DNA from: an uncultured Actinomycetes bacterium
GTDB lineage: Bacteria; Actinomycetota; Acidimicrobiia; IMCC26256; DASPTH01
DNA: 64,000 bases
Reading direction: 5' to 3'
NCBI GenBank assembly: GCA_963705625.1
Contig: CAVPKG010000008.1
Location: 2,846-66,845 of the forward strand
The notes beneath the pieces were generated by a model, which made no database searches, was not told the DNA's origin, and worked only from the letters and a program-made list of their open reading frames with translations. The position numbers and the translations under genes were made by a program. Shown here piece after piece: positions 50,390 to 62,900 of the stretch. Positions within the stretch are counted from its first letter, which is position 1. Every line of letters starts with the position of its first letter.

Positions 50390-50834
50390 CTACGGGGCCG
50401 GATTCGTCGCTTCCGGGGGCGGGACGGGTGGTGGGCGCGCGGGATGATCACGAACGGCTGCTCGCCCGGTCTGACCAGTCCGTACCGCGCGCGCGAGCCG
50501 CTCGATCTCGGCGTCGCTCTTCAGCCGCTTCGCTTCGTGCGCGAGCTTCGCGTTCTCCGACTTCAGGAGCTCGAGCTGTGCGCGTGCACGGTTGGTGGCG
50601 TCACGCTGGTCGAGGAACGTGCGCGTCGGGTACACGAACACGAAGAGCAGGCCCACGAGCACGACGCTGCCGATCGCCGCCGCGCACGACCGCGAGCCGG
50701 CGCCCCGCATCTCGATTCGGCTTCGGTTTCGGTTTGGCTTTCGGTCTGGGTTTGGCCTTGGGTCTGGGTTCGGCCTTCGGTTCGGCCGCGGCCCTCGCGG
50801 CCGATGTGCGCGCCGGCTTCGGCCGTTCAGGCAC
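50390..50834 (-). CDS. septum formation initiator (DivIC/FtsB) with Pro/Lys-rich N-terminus (frameshifted)
   Basis: single TM, coiled coil, [16 protein letters not shown]. Confidence 0.8.
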
Positions 50835-52120
50835 CGGCGAACCCCGGAGCCAGCGCGGCGCGCCCGAGGTACGCCGCGACCGGACCGAGCTCCTCCTCGA
50901 TGCGCAGGAGCTGGTTGTACTTCGCCACCCGGTCGCTGCGCGCCGGCGCGCCGCTCTTGATCTGCCCGCAGTTCGTCGCGACCGCGAGGTCGGCGATCGT
51001 GGTGTCTTCGGTCTCGCCGCTGCGGTGCGACATCATCGGCGTGTACCCGTCGCGCGCGCGAGCTGCATCGTGTCGAGCGTCTCCGACAGCGTGCCGATCT
51101 GGTTCACCTTGATCAGGATCGAGTTGGCGACGCCGCGCTCGATGCCCTGGCGGAGCCGCTCGACGTTGGTGACGAAGACGTCGTCGCCCACGAGCTGCAC
51201 GCGGCGCCGAGCGCGTTGGGTGAGCGCGACCCAGCCGTCCCAGTCGTCCTCGGCCATGCCGTCCTCGATCGACACGATCGGGTAGCGGTCGCACAACGTC
51301 GACGAGCCGGTCGGCCCACTCCTCCGACGAGTAGTCGGCGCCCTCGCCCGCGAGCACGTAGCGTGCCGTCGACGTAGAACTCGCTCGCCGCCGCGTCGAG
51401 CGCGAGCGCGATCTCGTCGCCCGGCGTGTAGCCCGCGGCCTCGATCGCGCCGAGCAGCAGCGTCGAGCGCCTCCTCGTTCGACGGCAGGTTCGGCGCGAA
51501 GCCGCCTTCGTCGCCGAGCGCGGTCGAGAGCCCACGGTCGTGCAGGCGCGCCTTGCAGCGCGTGGTACGTCTCGACGCCCCAGCGCAGCGCCTCGGCGAA
51601 GCTCGCGGCGCCGACCGGCGCGAGCATGAACTCCTGGAGGTCGACGTTGCTGTCGGCGTGCGCGCCGCCGTTGAGCACGTTCAGGAACGGCACCGGCAGC
51701 ACGTGCGCGTTCGCGCCGCCGACGTAGCGGTAGAGCGGGAGGTCGAGCTCGTCGGCCGCCGCCTTCGCCACCGCGAGCGACACGCCGAGGATCGCGTTCG
51801 CGCCGAGCCGCGACTTGCCGTCGGTGCCGTCGAGCGTGACGAGCTCGTCGTCGAGGAGCCGCTGGTCGGTGGCGTCGAGGCCGACGACGAGGTCGGCGAT
51901 CTCGCCGTTGACGTTCGCGACCGCGGTGCGCACGCCCTTGCCGCCGTAGCGCTCGCCGCCGTCGCGCAGCTCGACCGCCTCGTGGGCGCCGGTGCTCGCG
52001 CCGCTCGGGACGATCGGCCCGGCCCCGGGCGCCCGAGAGGAGCTCGACCTCGACCTCGACGGTGGGATTGCCGCGCGAGTCGAGGACCTCGCGGCCGACG
52101 ACCTCGACGATCGTGCTCAC
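50827..52120 (-). CDS. eno: enolase (frameshifted)
   Basis: [61 protein letters not shown]. Confidence 0.95.
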
Positions 52121-52177
52121 CGTCGAACGCTCCCTCGTCCACAGACGGTGCCCGCAACCGTCGGTAGTGTTGCTCCT

Positions 52178-53467
52178 GTGACGGGTGATCCTATCCCGAA
52201 CGGCTTCGCGGACCCGCCCACCTTCAATCCGCTCGAGCCCGGCTTCGCGGCGGACCCCTACCCGCAGTACCGGCTCATGTTGGAACAGAACCCCGTGCAG
52301 CGGAGCCTGTTCGGGCCCTGGATGCTGTTCCGCTACGACGACTGCTTCCGGTTCCTGCGCGACCCGACGCTCAGCGTGGAAGACGCGAGCGTCGAGGGCG
52401 TGAATCCCCGCGCCGAGCTGCGCGAGCAGGTGCTCGGCGAACGCGCCCGGCGCGGCACCCGCAGCATCCTCAGCATCGACCCGCCCGACCACACGCGGAT
52501 CCGCGGGATCGTCCAGAAGGTCTTCACGCCGCGCGCGATCGAACAGCTCGCACCGCGCGTGCAGGAACTGGTCGACGACGCGCTCGACGCGGTGGTCGCC
52601 CGTGGCGACGGCATGCCGGATGCCGAAATGGAGGTCATCGCCGACCTCGCGTTCCCGCTCCCCTTCCAGGTGATCTCCGACATGCTCGGGATGCCCGACG
52701 CCGACCGCGACGAGCTCCGCGGTTGGGCGCACACGCTCACGCTCGGTCTCGAACCCGTCCTCGCGCAGCTCCACATCGACGACATCATGGAAGCGTCCGA
52801 TCACATGACGGATCACGTCCTCGACGCGATCGAGTGGAAGCGCGCGCACCCGGCCGACGACCTCCTCACCGCGCTCATCGACGCCGAGCACGAAGGCGAG
52901 CGGCTCACCGCCGACGAGCTCGTCGACCAGGTGGTGCTGCTGTTCGTCGCCGGTCACGAGACCACGGTCAACCTCATCGGCAACGGGACGCTCGCGCTGC
53001 TGCGCAACCGTGCGCAGCTCGAGCGGTGGCAGCGCGATCCGTCGATCGCGGCGGGCGCGATCGACGAGCTGCTGCGCTACGACGCGCCGGTGCAGTTCTC
53101 ACGGCGCGTCACCACCACCGACGTCGAGGTGGACGGCCGCTCGATCGCCGCGGGCACGTTCGTGTTCGTCGTGCTCGGTTCCGCCAACCGCGACGCCGCG
53201 CGTTGGGGCGACGACGCCGATACGGTCGACCTCACCCGGCCCGGTGCCGCGCAACACCTCGCGTTCGGCAGCGGGATCCACCACTGTCTCGGCGCCGCGC
53301 TCGCGCGGCTCGAAGGCCGGATCGCGCTGGGCACGCTCGTGGCGCGCTTCCCCGAGATGGAGCTCGCGACCGGCGAGCCCGAGTGGAACGGCCGGCTCGT
53401 CCTCCGCGGCCTCGACGAGCTCCCGGTGGCGCTGGGCAGGGGGCTGACGGCACGCGCGCAGGAATAG
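52178..53467 (+). CDS. cytochrome P450
   Basis: [32 protein letters not shown]. Confidence 0.95.
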   Translation: MTGDPIPNGFADPPTFNPLEPGFAADPYPQYRLMLEQNPVQRSLFGPWMLFRYDDCFRFLRDPTLSVEDASVEGVNPRAELREQVLGERARRGTRSILSIDPPDHTRIRGIVQKVFTPRAIEQLAPRVQELVDDALDAVVARGDGMPDAEMEVIADLAFPLPFQVISDMLGMPDADRDELRGWAHTLTLGLEPVLAQLHIDDIMEASDHMTDHVLDAIEWKRAHPADDLLTALIDAEHEGERLTADELVDQVVLLFVAGHETTVNLIGNGTLALLRNRAQLERWQRDPSIAAGAIDELLRYDAPVQFSRRVTTTDVEVDGRSIAAGTFVFVVLGSANRDAARWGDDADTVDLTRPGAAQHLAFGSGIHHCLGAALARLEGRIALGTLVARFPEMELATGEPEWNGRLVLRGLDELPVALGRGLTARAQE

Positions 53468-53496
53468 TTGCGCACGCAAGGAGGTTGGCGACCGGC

Positions 53497-54465
53497 ATGC
53501 CTGCTGTGACGGTCGAGAACCCGCTCGTCCTGCCGAGGATCGCTCGGCCCGACCTCCAGACCGCCGTCGCCCGGCCCGTCGGGCAGGTCGTACCCGCCCA
53601 CCACGCGGTCGAGGGCGCCGGCTTCGAGGTGTGGCGCCCCTTCCCGGGCGCCCTCGACCTCCACGTCAGCGACCCGTTCCTGTTGTTGGATCAGCTCGGG
53701 CCGGTCTCGTACGCGCCGGGCGAGGCGAAGGGCGCGCCGTGGCACCCCCACCGCGGCTTCGAGACCGTCACCTACGTGCTCGACGGCGAGATCTCCCACC
53801 ACGACTCGAACGGTGGCGGTGGGACGATCGGCGAGGGCGACACGCAGTGGATGACCGCCGGCGCCGGGATCCTGCACGACGAGGTACCGAGCGAGCGAGC
53901 GCTGCGCGACGGCGGGCCGTCGCACGGCGTGCAGCTCTGGGTGAACCTTCCCGCCGAGCTCAAGTTCACGCCGCCGCGGTACCAGGCGATCACGGGCGAC
54001 AACCTCGTGCTCCTGTCGTCGCACGACGGTGGTGCGCTGGTGCGGTTGATCGCCGGCGAGCTCGGCGGTCACCCCGGCCCGGGATCGACCCACACGCCGA
54101 TCACGTATGCGCACGCCACCATCTCTCCGGGCGCGGAGCTGTCGGTGCCGTGGAACCCGGAGTTCAACGCGCTGGCGTACGTGCTGCTCGGTCAGGGCTA
54201 CGCCGGGGCGGAGGGTCGACCCGTCCGCGACCACGATCTCGTGGTGTTCGGTCCCGGCGACGCGTTGGCGTTCCGCGCCGCCGACCGTCAAGACGGTCCG
54301 TCGGACGCACTCGAGGTGCTGCTGCTCGGCGGGCTCCCGATCCGTGAGCCCATCGCGCACTACGGCCCGTTCGTGATGAACACCCGCGACGAGATCCTCG
54401 AGGCGATCGACGACTTCAACGCGGGCCGCATGGGCACGATCCCCGCCGTCGAGCTCGGAGGCTGA
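53497..54465 (+). CDS. pirin family protein
   Basis: DPFLLLD, HPHRGFETVTY, WMTAG.GI.H.E, QLWVNLP, YGPFVMNT. Confidence 0.93.
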   Translation: MPAVTVENPLVLPRIARPDLQTAVARPVGQVVPAHHAVEGAGFEVWRPFPGALDLHVSDPFLLLDQLGPVSYAPGEAKGAPWHPHRGFETVTYVLDGEISHHDSNGGGGTIGEGDTQWMTAGAGILHDEVPSERALRDGGPSHGVQLWVNLPAELKFTPPRYQAITGDNLVLLSSHDGGALVRLIAGELGGHPGPGSTHTPITYAHATISPGAELSVPWNPEFNALAYVLLGQGYAGAEGRPVRDHDLVVFGPGDALAFRAADRQDGPSDALEVLLLGGLPIREPIAHYGPFVMNTRDEILEAIDDFNAGRMGTIPAVELGG

Positions 54466-54483
54466 CGTTGGGCTCCGACGTCA
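54463..54483 (+). terminator. hairpin at the pirin stop codon
   Basis: TGACGTTGG-GCT-CCGACGTCA; no U-tract. Confidence 0.35.
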
Positions 54484-54739
54484 ACTGACCGAACGGCCGA
54501 AGCTCTTCGCGCGCGTTCACGATCGTTGGTGTCACACCCTCGTGTGATGATCTCGGTACGCCTCGAGAGCCTGGCGTGCATGGCTCTCCTTTCGAGTCCT
54601 GCAGCAATGTCCGTCGAGCGCGAATACCGATCCGCAGCTCTGGCGCGCTGCCGCAAGCGATCGCGATGTTTCACAACGACCGCTGTGAAATACAGGGTCC
54701 TGCGGAATGTTCCCTTCTCTGCGCCGGTCAGCGGCGCGT

Positions 54740-56462
54740 CTATGGGGTTGCTTTGCGATGGCGCTGGATCCAACCGTGTTGGGGTCGCTCAAGTCCGAGA
54801 TGGCGCCCACGGGCATGCAGAACATCGGTACGGGTACAGACGCCGACCAGATACTCGCCGTCGACGACGGGAAGGTGATCGACGCGTTCCTGCACCATCT
54901 TCTCGAGCGCTGAGAGGACCGAGTCGCCTGGGGCGACGACGACCAGCTGTGACTCGATCGGAACGCAGGCGTCGTCACCCGCGGCGAGGATATCGCCGCG
55001 GGTGACGATTCCGACGCAACGGCCGTCTGGGTCAACGACGGGATACGCGCTGTGTCCTCCAATCGCGAAGAGTTCTCGGAGTGTCTGCGCGGAAGCATGT
55101 TCCGGAAGGGTTTGCACGTCACGCGTCATCACTTCGCTGACGACAGTCGCGCGCAACACATCCGGCTCGTATCCGGTGGGGACGCGAAGCCCACGACGGG
55201 CGAGCTTCTCTGTCATGATGCTCTCCGGGAGGAACGTGCTCGCAACGAGGTCAGCAAGCACCGCGGCAAGCATGAGCGGGACGATGGCGCTGTAGTCGCG
55301 TGTCAGCTCGAACGCGAAGACGATCGCGGTGAATGTCGCCCTCGTCGCAGCCCCGAACGTCGCGGCCATGGCAACGAGCGCGACCGCCCCGGGAGAGATC
55401 CCGAGGCCGGGGACGACGTGTTGCACAAGCGCGCCCATCAAGCCGCCGAAACACCCGCTGATCAGCAAGATCGGCGCCAGTGTGCCCCCCGAAGTCCCCG
55501 ACGCGAGCGCTATCCACCACATCGCCAGCTTCGCGAGGAGGAGCACGGCCAGGGTTCCGACCGCGAGCCGGTTCGCGAGCACGTCGTTGATCGACTGATA
55601 GCCGACGCCGAGTGCACGCGGAACGGACATGCCGATGCTCGCGAAGACCAGGGCCCCGAGCATCGGGTGCCAGAACACGCCGAACGGCAGCCGGCGAAAT
55701 ACCGCCTCGATGAGGAACAGGCCGCGCACGACAACGATGGCGAGCGCGCCGCACGCGACACCGAGCACCGCGAAGACCCACAGGGTGTCGAGCCCTGCGT
55801 ACTCATGCGGCGGCACATGAAACAGCGGCCCAGCTCCGAACAGCGCCGCGTGCATCCCCGCCGCGATACTCGCCGACACGACGAGCGGAACGAGCGAACG
55901 CGGCGAGAACTCGAAGAGCAGGAGCTCGACTGCGAGCATGACCGACGCGAGCGGCGCGCCGAACACCGCGGCCATACCCCCTGCGGCCCCACACGCGAGC
56001 AAGATCTTGCGCTCCGACGGTGAGACACGGAACAACTGGCCGAGCAACGAGCCGACCGCGCCGCCGGTCACGATGATGGGACCCTCAGCACCGAAGGGCC
56101 CTCCCGTCCCGATTGCCACTGCAGCCGAGATCGGCTTCGCGATTGCGGTGCGCGGCGAAATGCGGCTCTCGCCGGTGAGCACGGCCTCCTGCGCCTCGGG
56201 AATCCCGTGCCCTCGGATGTTCGGTGACCACAGCGCGAGCAGGGTCACCACGAGCGCGCCACCGACCGCCGACGAGCAGCAGCTCGGGTCCCGGGTGGAA
56301 GGCGGCAAACGATGGCACGTTCCAGCCGAATCGGTGGAACAGCGCCAGATTCGTGATGAGCCCGATCAGGTGCAAGAGGAGCCAGGCAGCCGCGCCGCCG
56401 ACGAGTCCGAGACCAGTACCGACAGCGGTCAGAAACCACAACCGCCGCGGTGGAGTGTGCAC
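54740..56462 (-). CDS. CLC family chloride channel/transporter with CBS pair (N-terminal frameshift)
   Basis: GHGIPE, GAEGP, ELLLFE, GTSGG, FELTRDY, two CBS domains. Confidence 0.9.
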
Positions 56463-56505
56463 GCGAGAGACTCCTCGTCGACAGACCGGCAGTCGTCGTC
56501 GCAGT

Positions 56506-56524
56506 TATATCTTGTCAGGATATA
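56506..56524. promoter_or_regulatory. AT-rich inverted repeat, probable MarR operator
   Basis: TATATCTTG-T-CAGGATATA (1 mismatch), between divergent CLC and MarR starts. Confidence 0.55.
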
Positions 56525-56527
56525 TCT

Positions 56528-56923
56528 ATGACGGAACCGGATCTCAACGATGCCCAGTACTCGCAGCTCCTCGAATTCCGAACAGCGCTACGCCAGTTCC
56601 TGCACTGGAGCGAAGAGCAGGCCCGCGCGGCCGGACTCTCGCCTGCCGAGCACCAGCTCTTACTCGCCATACGTGGCCACCCTCGTCGCGAGGCGCCCAC
56701 CGTCGGCGACGTCGCCCAATCGCTGCTCCTTCATCACCACAGCGCCGTGCAACTCATCGACCGTGCTGAACAACATGGCCTTGTCCACCGCAAACCCGAC
56801 ACGCGAGACCGCCGCGTCGTGCGCCTCCAGCTGAGCGCACGAGGCCGCGCCCGCCTCACCAAACTCAGCGCTGCCCACGTCGAAGAACTCGCCCGCCTCG
56901 CGCCCGCACTCAAATCACTGTGA
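56528..56923 (+). CDS. MarR family transcriptional regulator
   Basis: GLSPAEHQLLL, HHSAVQLIDR, DRRVVRLQLS..G. Confidence 0.9.
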   Translation: MTEPDLNDAQYSQLLEFRTALRQFLHWSEEQARAAGLSPAEHQLLLAIRGHPRREAPTVGDVAQSLLLHHHSAVQLIDRAEQHGLVHRKPDTRDRRVVRLQLSARGRARLTKLSAAHVEELARLAPALKSL

Positions 56924-56957
56924 CCACAAAGCTCCACGGTCGCGGCGCCGGCGTAGC

Positions 56958-58395
56958 TCACACCGGGCCGGCGGCCTCCAACCAGAGGGCGGCAACGCCG
57001 GCTTCGTCGAGCGCGGCGAGGTCGAGGCCGCGGGCGATGGCGAGGCGTTCCATCGCCTCGAAGCGCCCCCGGTACCGCGCGGCCCAACCGCGTAGCGCCG
57101 ATTCGGCGTCGATACCGCCGGCGCGCCGCGACCACGACCGCGGCCGCCAGCAGCTGCGCGAGATCGTGCTCGAAGGTCCGGTTGTCGGCACGCAGAGCGC
57201 GCGACCGCGGTGTCGACCCGGTCGAGCGCCTCGTCGAGCAGCGCCGGGATCGAGGCCGACCGACGCCGCCTTGCTGAAGAGCTTGTGCGTATAGAGCAGG
57301 GACGGCAATCCCGGGGTGATGCCCTCGACGATCGACGTGTTGCCCTTCTCGTCCTTCTTGATCTGCTCCCAGTTGCGCACGACCTCGGTGGACTCCTCGG
57401 CGACGACGTCACCGAACACGTGCGGATGCCGGCGCACGAGCTTGTCGTGGATGCCGCGGGCCACATCGGCCATCGTGAACTCGTCGGTCTCTTCCACGAT
57501 CGCCGAGTGGAACACGACCTGGTAGAGGAGATCGCCGAGTTCGTCGGCGAGCGCGATGTACGCGGCGGGATCCGGCAGGGCCTCGATCACCTCCACGACC
57601 TCGTACGACTCCTCGAGCAGGTACCGGGTGAGCGACTGGTGGGTCTGCTCCGCGTCCCACGGGCAGCCACCGGGGTCACGCAGGCGCTTGGTGAGCTGCA
57701 GCAGCCGGCCAACCTCGTGCGCCGCGCCGGCCGCGCTCCGGTCCACGTCGACGTACAGAGATGTGAGGTGGTCGGGCTCGACGATCCGGTCGAGCTCGAC
57801 AAGGGGCACGCGCTGGACGAGCTCGTCGGCGAGGCCCAGACGCTGGAGCACCGTGATCGGCGTATCCGAGGCGAGGTGTTCCAGCAGCGCGAGCTTCACG
57901 TCGGACAGTACGAGTGCGTGGTCGCACTCCGCGATGAGCATCGGGACCGGCGAGCTCCACCTCGTCGATCGCGCGCACGTCGACGACACGCGCTTCGCTC
58001 GCCATCGGGTCGATACCCACGCGCGTCCACGCGAGGTCCGCGAACGACAGGCCGGGGACCACTTCGAGCTCCAGTCCGCGCTCACGCAGCAGGACCACGG
58101 TGCGCTCCGCCACCGCGGGGTTCCCTGGCACCGCGTACACGACTGCTCCTCGGGATGTCGCTTCCACGAGCGCGTCGACCATCCGGGTGTACGCCGACTC
58201 CAGATCGGGCGCGGCGTCGTAGACGTCGTCGAAGGCGGTGAACGTGATCCCGGCGGCCTCCAGCTCCGCGACGGCGGGATGACGGCGGGTGCGCACGAAG
58301 CGCACCGAAGCCGATTCGAGCGCCTCCCGAGCGGCCGGGAGCACGAAGTCGGCGCCCGCCGGTCCGAGCCCCACGACGACGACGCGGCCGGGCAC
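56958..58395 (-). CDS. mazG: tetrapyrrole methylase - MazG fusion (YabN-like; frameshifted)
   Basis: VVVVGLGPAG, YAVPGNP, GGCPWDAEQTH, EESYEV, ELGDLL, KLVRRHPHVFG. Confidence 0.88.
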
Positions 58396-58403
58396 GACAG
58401 CTG

Positions 58404-58976
58404 CTACCCGCCCGACGACGGCGGCGGACAGCCGGTCGGGGGGCAGACGATCAGCCGCTTCCCGTTCCAACGCCCGTACCGGGGATCGACGGTGACGCTC
58501 GCGCGTCTCGGCGCGCGACTGATCGCCGTCGTAACGCCGCTCTGGCCGAGCTTGTTCTGCAGCTTCTGGAGCCCGAGGTTGTAGTCGAGCAACGTGCGCT
58601 TCACGCTGCTCGAGAGCCCCTGGAGCTGGTTGCCGGCGCTCTTTTCGAGGCGCGCGCGCTGAGCATCGGTCAACGTGATGCCCTGACGGTCGAGCTCCTC
58701 GAGGACGACCTGGGTCTGGACGAGGCGCGTGAGCCAGCCCGAGCTGACCGTGCTGGTGACCGAGCCTTCCGAGCTTTGCGCCGTCTGGTTCAGTTGACCG
58801 CTGTTCGCGATCGAATCGAGGTCGTCGTTGATGTCCTGTTGGGACGTGACATGACCATTGACCTCGAGCCCGGTTGGCGAGAGATCGGTCGCGGTCACGG
58901 CAACCCCGGCTCCGACCACCACGACGAGCGCGAGCACCACGACGACGACCAGGCTGGTGGACACGTACCGGTTCAT
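58404..58976 (-). CDS. SurA/PrsA N-terminal-like membrane-anchored protein
   Basis: N-terminal TM, VNG..TS, VTVDPRYGRW; located between mfd and mazG. Confidence 0.7.
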   Translation of the reverse strand: MNRYVSTSLVVVVVLALVVVVGAGVAVTATDLSPTGLEVNGHVTSQQDINDDLDSIANSGQLNQTAQSSEGSVTSTVSSGWLTRLVQTQVVLEELDRQGITLTDAQRARLEKSAGNQLQGLSSSVKRTLLDYNLGLQKLQNKLGQSGVTTAISRAPRRASVTVDPRYGRWNGKRLIVCPPTGCPPPSSGG

Positions 58977-61900
58977 GGCGCTGCGGAGGCTAGTGCAGGC
59001 GCTTCTGACGGCTCGGCCGGAGCCGGAGGCACGAGCTCCCCGAACAGCGCGACCAGTGTGGATGCGACGTCGGCGGGCGCCACGGTGAGCGGAACTGCGA
59101 CCTCGCCCTCGTCCTTGGCAACGGCATTCGGCACCAGGCGTCGGAGCCTGACCTTCTGCGACTCCTTCAAGTCGAGCCCGGTGATGCGCGCGGTGTTGCG
59201 CTGGACCGTGATCGAACGGATGCCGAGGCGCGCGCACTCGGCACGCAGGCGCGCCACGTCGAGCAGCGCGACCGCCGGCGCCGGCGGCGGCCCGTAGCGG
59301 TCCTCCCACTCGGCGCGCACGTCTGCGACGTCGGCGGGATCGGTGACCGCCGCAAGGCGGCGGTACGCCTCCATGCGGACGTCGTCGCGCGCGACGTAGT
59401 CACGCGGGAGGTTGGCGTCGACCGGGAGGTCGACGGTGATCTCGAGCGGCTCCGGGATCGGCTCGCCCTTGAGCTCGCCGACGGCTTCGATGACCATCTG
59501 GCAGTAGAGATCGAAGCCGACCGCGGCGATGTGGCCCGACTGCGCGGCTCCGAGCAGGTTGCCCGCGCCCCGGATCTCGAGGTCGCGCATGGCGATCTTG
59601 AAGCCGGATCCGAGATCGGTGAACTCGCCGATCGTCTTCAAACGCTCGTAGGCCTCTTCGGTGAGCACGCGGTCGGGCGGATGCAAGAGGTACGCGTACG
59701 CGCGCTGCCCACGACGACCGACCCGGCCCCGGAGCTGGTAGAGCTGTGCGAGCCCGAGCAGGTCGGACCGGTCGACGACGAGCGTGTTCACCGTCGGCAT
59801 GTCGAGACCGCTCTCGACGATCGTCGTGCACACGAGCACGTCGTACTCGCGCTCCCAGAAGTCCTGCACCACGCGCTCGAGGCGACTCTCGTCCATCTGC
59901 CCGTGCGCGACCGCGACGCGCGCTTCGGGCACCAGCGCCCGCACGTTCTCGGCGACGAGCTGGATGTCGCGGACGCGGTTGTGCACGTAGAAGACCTGGC
60001 CCTCACGGAGCAGCTCGCGGCGGATCGCCTCGGCGGCGGCATGGTCGTCGTACTCGCCGACATAGGTGAGGATCGGTTGGCGGTCTTCCGGCGGCGTGTT
60101 CACGAGCGACAGATCGCGGATGCCCGTGAGCGACAGCTCCAGGGTCCGCGGGATCGGCGTGGCGGTGAGCGTGAGCACGTCGACGTTGGCGCGCAGGTGC
60201 TTGATGCGTTCCTTGTGCTGCACCCCGAAGCGTTGCTCCTCGTCGACGACGAGCAGGCCGAGGTTCGGCACCTTCACGTCGTCGGAGAGCAGCCGGTGCG
60301 TGCCGATGACGATGTCGACCGAACCCGCTTCGAGGTCGCGGATGACGCCGGCCTGTTCCCGCGCGGAGAGGAAGCGCGAGAGCACCTCGACCCGCACCGG
60401 ATAGTTGACGAAGCGGTCACGGAACGTCTGGCCGTGCTGGCTCGCGAGGAGCGTGGTGGGCACGAGCACCATCGCCTGCTTGCCGTCCTGCACGGCCTTG
60501 AACGCGGCACGCACCGCGATCTCGGTCTTGCCGTAACCGACGTCACCGCACACGAGGCGATCCATCGGGATCGGCTGCTCCATGTCGCCCTTCACGTCCT
60601 CGATGGCGCGGAGCTGGTCGGGAGTCTCCTCGTAGGGGAACGCCTCCTCCACCTCGTGCTGCCACGGCGTATCGGGCGGGAAGGCGTGACCGGTCGTGGC
60701 GAGCCGCTGCCGGTAGAGCACCACCAGCTCTTCGGCGATCTCCTGCACCGCGGTGCGCACCCTGGCGCGCTGCCGCTCGAAGTCGGCGCCGCCCATCCGG
60801 TTCAGCGACGGCGACTCGCCACCCGTGTACTTCCGGACGAACCCCACCTGGTCGGTGGGCACGTACACCATGCCGTCGCGGAACTGCAGCGACAGGTAGT
60901 CACGCTCGACCCCGCCCATCGTGAGCGGCTTCATCTCGACGTACCGGCCGACACCGTGCACGTAGTGGACGACGTAGTCACCCGGTTCCAGGGCGTCGTA
61001 GTAGTCGGCGCCGCGCCGTGCACCGCGCGGCACGACGGTGCACCCGCCGGCGCCCGGTGAGGTCGGCCTCGGCGACGAGCGCGAGGCGCGCCCCCGGCAG
61101 CACGACCCCGCGCCCGATGGGCGCGACGACGAGCTCGAGGACTCCGTCGACCCCCTCCGACGCCAGCACGTCGCGCAGACGTTGCGCGGACCCGGTGCCT
61201 TCCGCCGCGAGCACGACGCGGTACCCCTCGCCCGCGAGCGAGCGCAACCGGCGCGCGAGCGCGTCGGTGTCACCCACGACGGGGTCGAACGCCGTGGCCG
61301 CGACCCGCGGCGTGTCGGGACCCTCGGGCGTCGCGAGCAACGACACCGCGCCTGCTCTCGTGTGCGCCAGGAGGCGGTCGAAGTCGAGCGACAAACGCTC
61401 GAGGTCACCGTCGTCGGTCGCCTCCCAGGTGATCGACAGCGTCGCCGCGAGCGCGGCTTCGTCGTCGAGCAGTTCCTGCGCACGGTCGCGCATTCGCTTG
61501 GGCTCGACGAGCAGGGTGAGCGCACTGTCGGGCAGCAGATCGGGCAACAGGTGCTCTCGCTCCGCCAGCCACGGGAGCCACGACTCCATGCCGTCGAACA
61601 CCTGACCCTCGGCGAGACGTTCCCACTGCTCGCGTCCCCACGGGTGCGTCCGCACGAGCTGCGCCGCGCGCGCGGACCGCGTCGGTCGGGAGGAGCTCAC
61701 GGGTGGGGAAGATCCACACCTCGTCGACGTCGTGGGTGGACCGCTGGTCGGCCACCGCGAACGCGGAGAGCCGATCGACCTCGTCGCCCCAGAGATCGAT
61801 GCGCACGGGATGGTCGTCGGTGGACGGGTACACGTCGACGATCGACCCGCGGACGGCAACCTCGCCGCGCGCCTCCACCTGGTACTCGCGCCGGTAGCCG

Positions 61901-62412
61901 CTCGCCACCAGCGTTGCCACGAGCTCGTCGCGGTCGAGCTGGTCGCCCGGCCGCACCACGACCGGCTCCACCTCCTCCACGTGAGGGCCCAGCCGCTGCA
62001 CGAGGGCCCGGACGGGCGCAACCACCACGGCGGGTGCGCGGTCAGCCGAACGGAGGCGCCAGAGCACCCGGAGGCGGCGACCCATCGTCTCGAGCGACGG
62101 CGACACCCGCTCGAACGGCAGCGTCTCCCAGGCCGGGAACAGCTCGACCGCGCCGAATCCCGGGGTTTCCCCGCCGAGGAACTGCGCGAGGTCGCGAGCC
62201 AGCCGTTCGGCCTCCGCGCCGGTCGGGACGGCCAGGAGCAGTGGCCGGCGTGTGGTGGCCCCGGCGAGCGCGGCGACGAACAGCGCCCGGGCTGCTTCGG
62301 GCACCGCCACCGCGGTGGCGCGGGCGATGACGGCGCGCACCGCCGGCTCCTCGGCGAGCATCGCCGGGAGCGTGGTGAGGGGGAGAGGCGTTGCGGGGTC
62401 AGGGGAGGGCAT
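58973..62412 (-). CDS. mfd: transcription-repair coupling factor (frameshifted)
   Basis: FPAWETLPFE, GDVGYGKTE, VDEEQRFG, TATPIPRT, QLRGRVGR, DLEIRGAGNLLG. Confidence 0.95.
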
Positions 62413-62548
62413 GAGAACGCGACGAAGACCCGAATACCGCGCGGCACCCGGGCATCACCATGTTAGAAGCGATCGGTGAGCACACGCGGCACGAGCGAGC
62501 GGACCGCACACGCGGCACGAGCGAGCGAAGCGAGTCGAGTGCTCGCCA

Positions 62549-62900
62549 GGAGCGAGCGGCCGCGAGGCGGGTATCCCGGCTCGCAGCGAGCGACCCATGT
62601 GCAGGAGCGAGCGGCCGCGAGGCGGGTATCCCGGCTCGCAGCGAGCGACCCATGTGTAGGAGCGAGCGGCCGCGAGGCGGGTATCCCGCCGAGCAGCGAG
62701 CGACCCATGTGCAGGAGCGAGCGCCCGCGAGGCGGGTATCCCGGCTCGCAGCGAGCGACCCATGTGTAGGAGCGAGCGCCCGCGAGGCGGGTATCCCGGC
62801 CGAGCAGCGAGCGACCCATGTGCAGGAGCGAGCGCCCGCGAGGCGGGTATCCCGGCTCGCAGCGAGCGACCCATGTGCAGGAGCGAGCGCCCGCGAGGCG
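62549..62900 (+). repeat. tandem array of 55-bp hairpin units (6 full, 1 partial), flanked by related repeats (about 62480-62992)
   Basis: units start at 62549, 62604, 62659, 62714, 62769, 62825, 62880; consensus GGAGCGAGCGSCCGCGAGGCGGGTATCCCGGCTCGCAGCGAGCGACCCATGTGYA. Confidence 0.93.

Noticed and set aside
50700-50800. Pro/Lys coding repeat as a DNA repeat element
   Set aside because: Low-complexity N-terminus of the DivIC-like protein.
39029-52120. Mass pseudogenisation or programmed frameshifting (MMPL, aminotransferase, ppx, eno)
   Set aside because: Indels cluster regionally and hit essential genes such as eno (and pth further right); no slippery-site pattern seen. Best explained as uncorrected sequencing error.
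56463-56527. Fluoride riboswitch ahead of the CLC gene
   Set aside because: The GGCGATGG..CGCC / GCTGATGAC core is not present, and the CLC lacks fluoride-type motifs.
62549-62900. CRISPR array
   Set aside because: Units are contiguous and near-identical with no unique spacers; no cas genes in the window.
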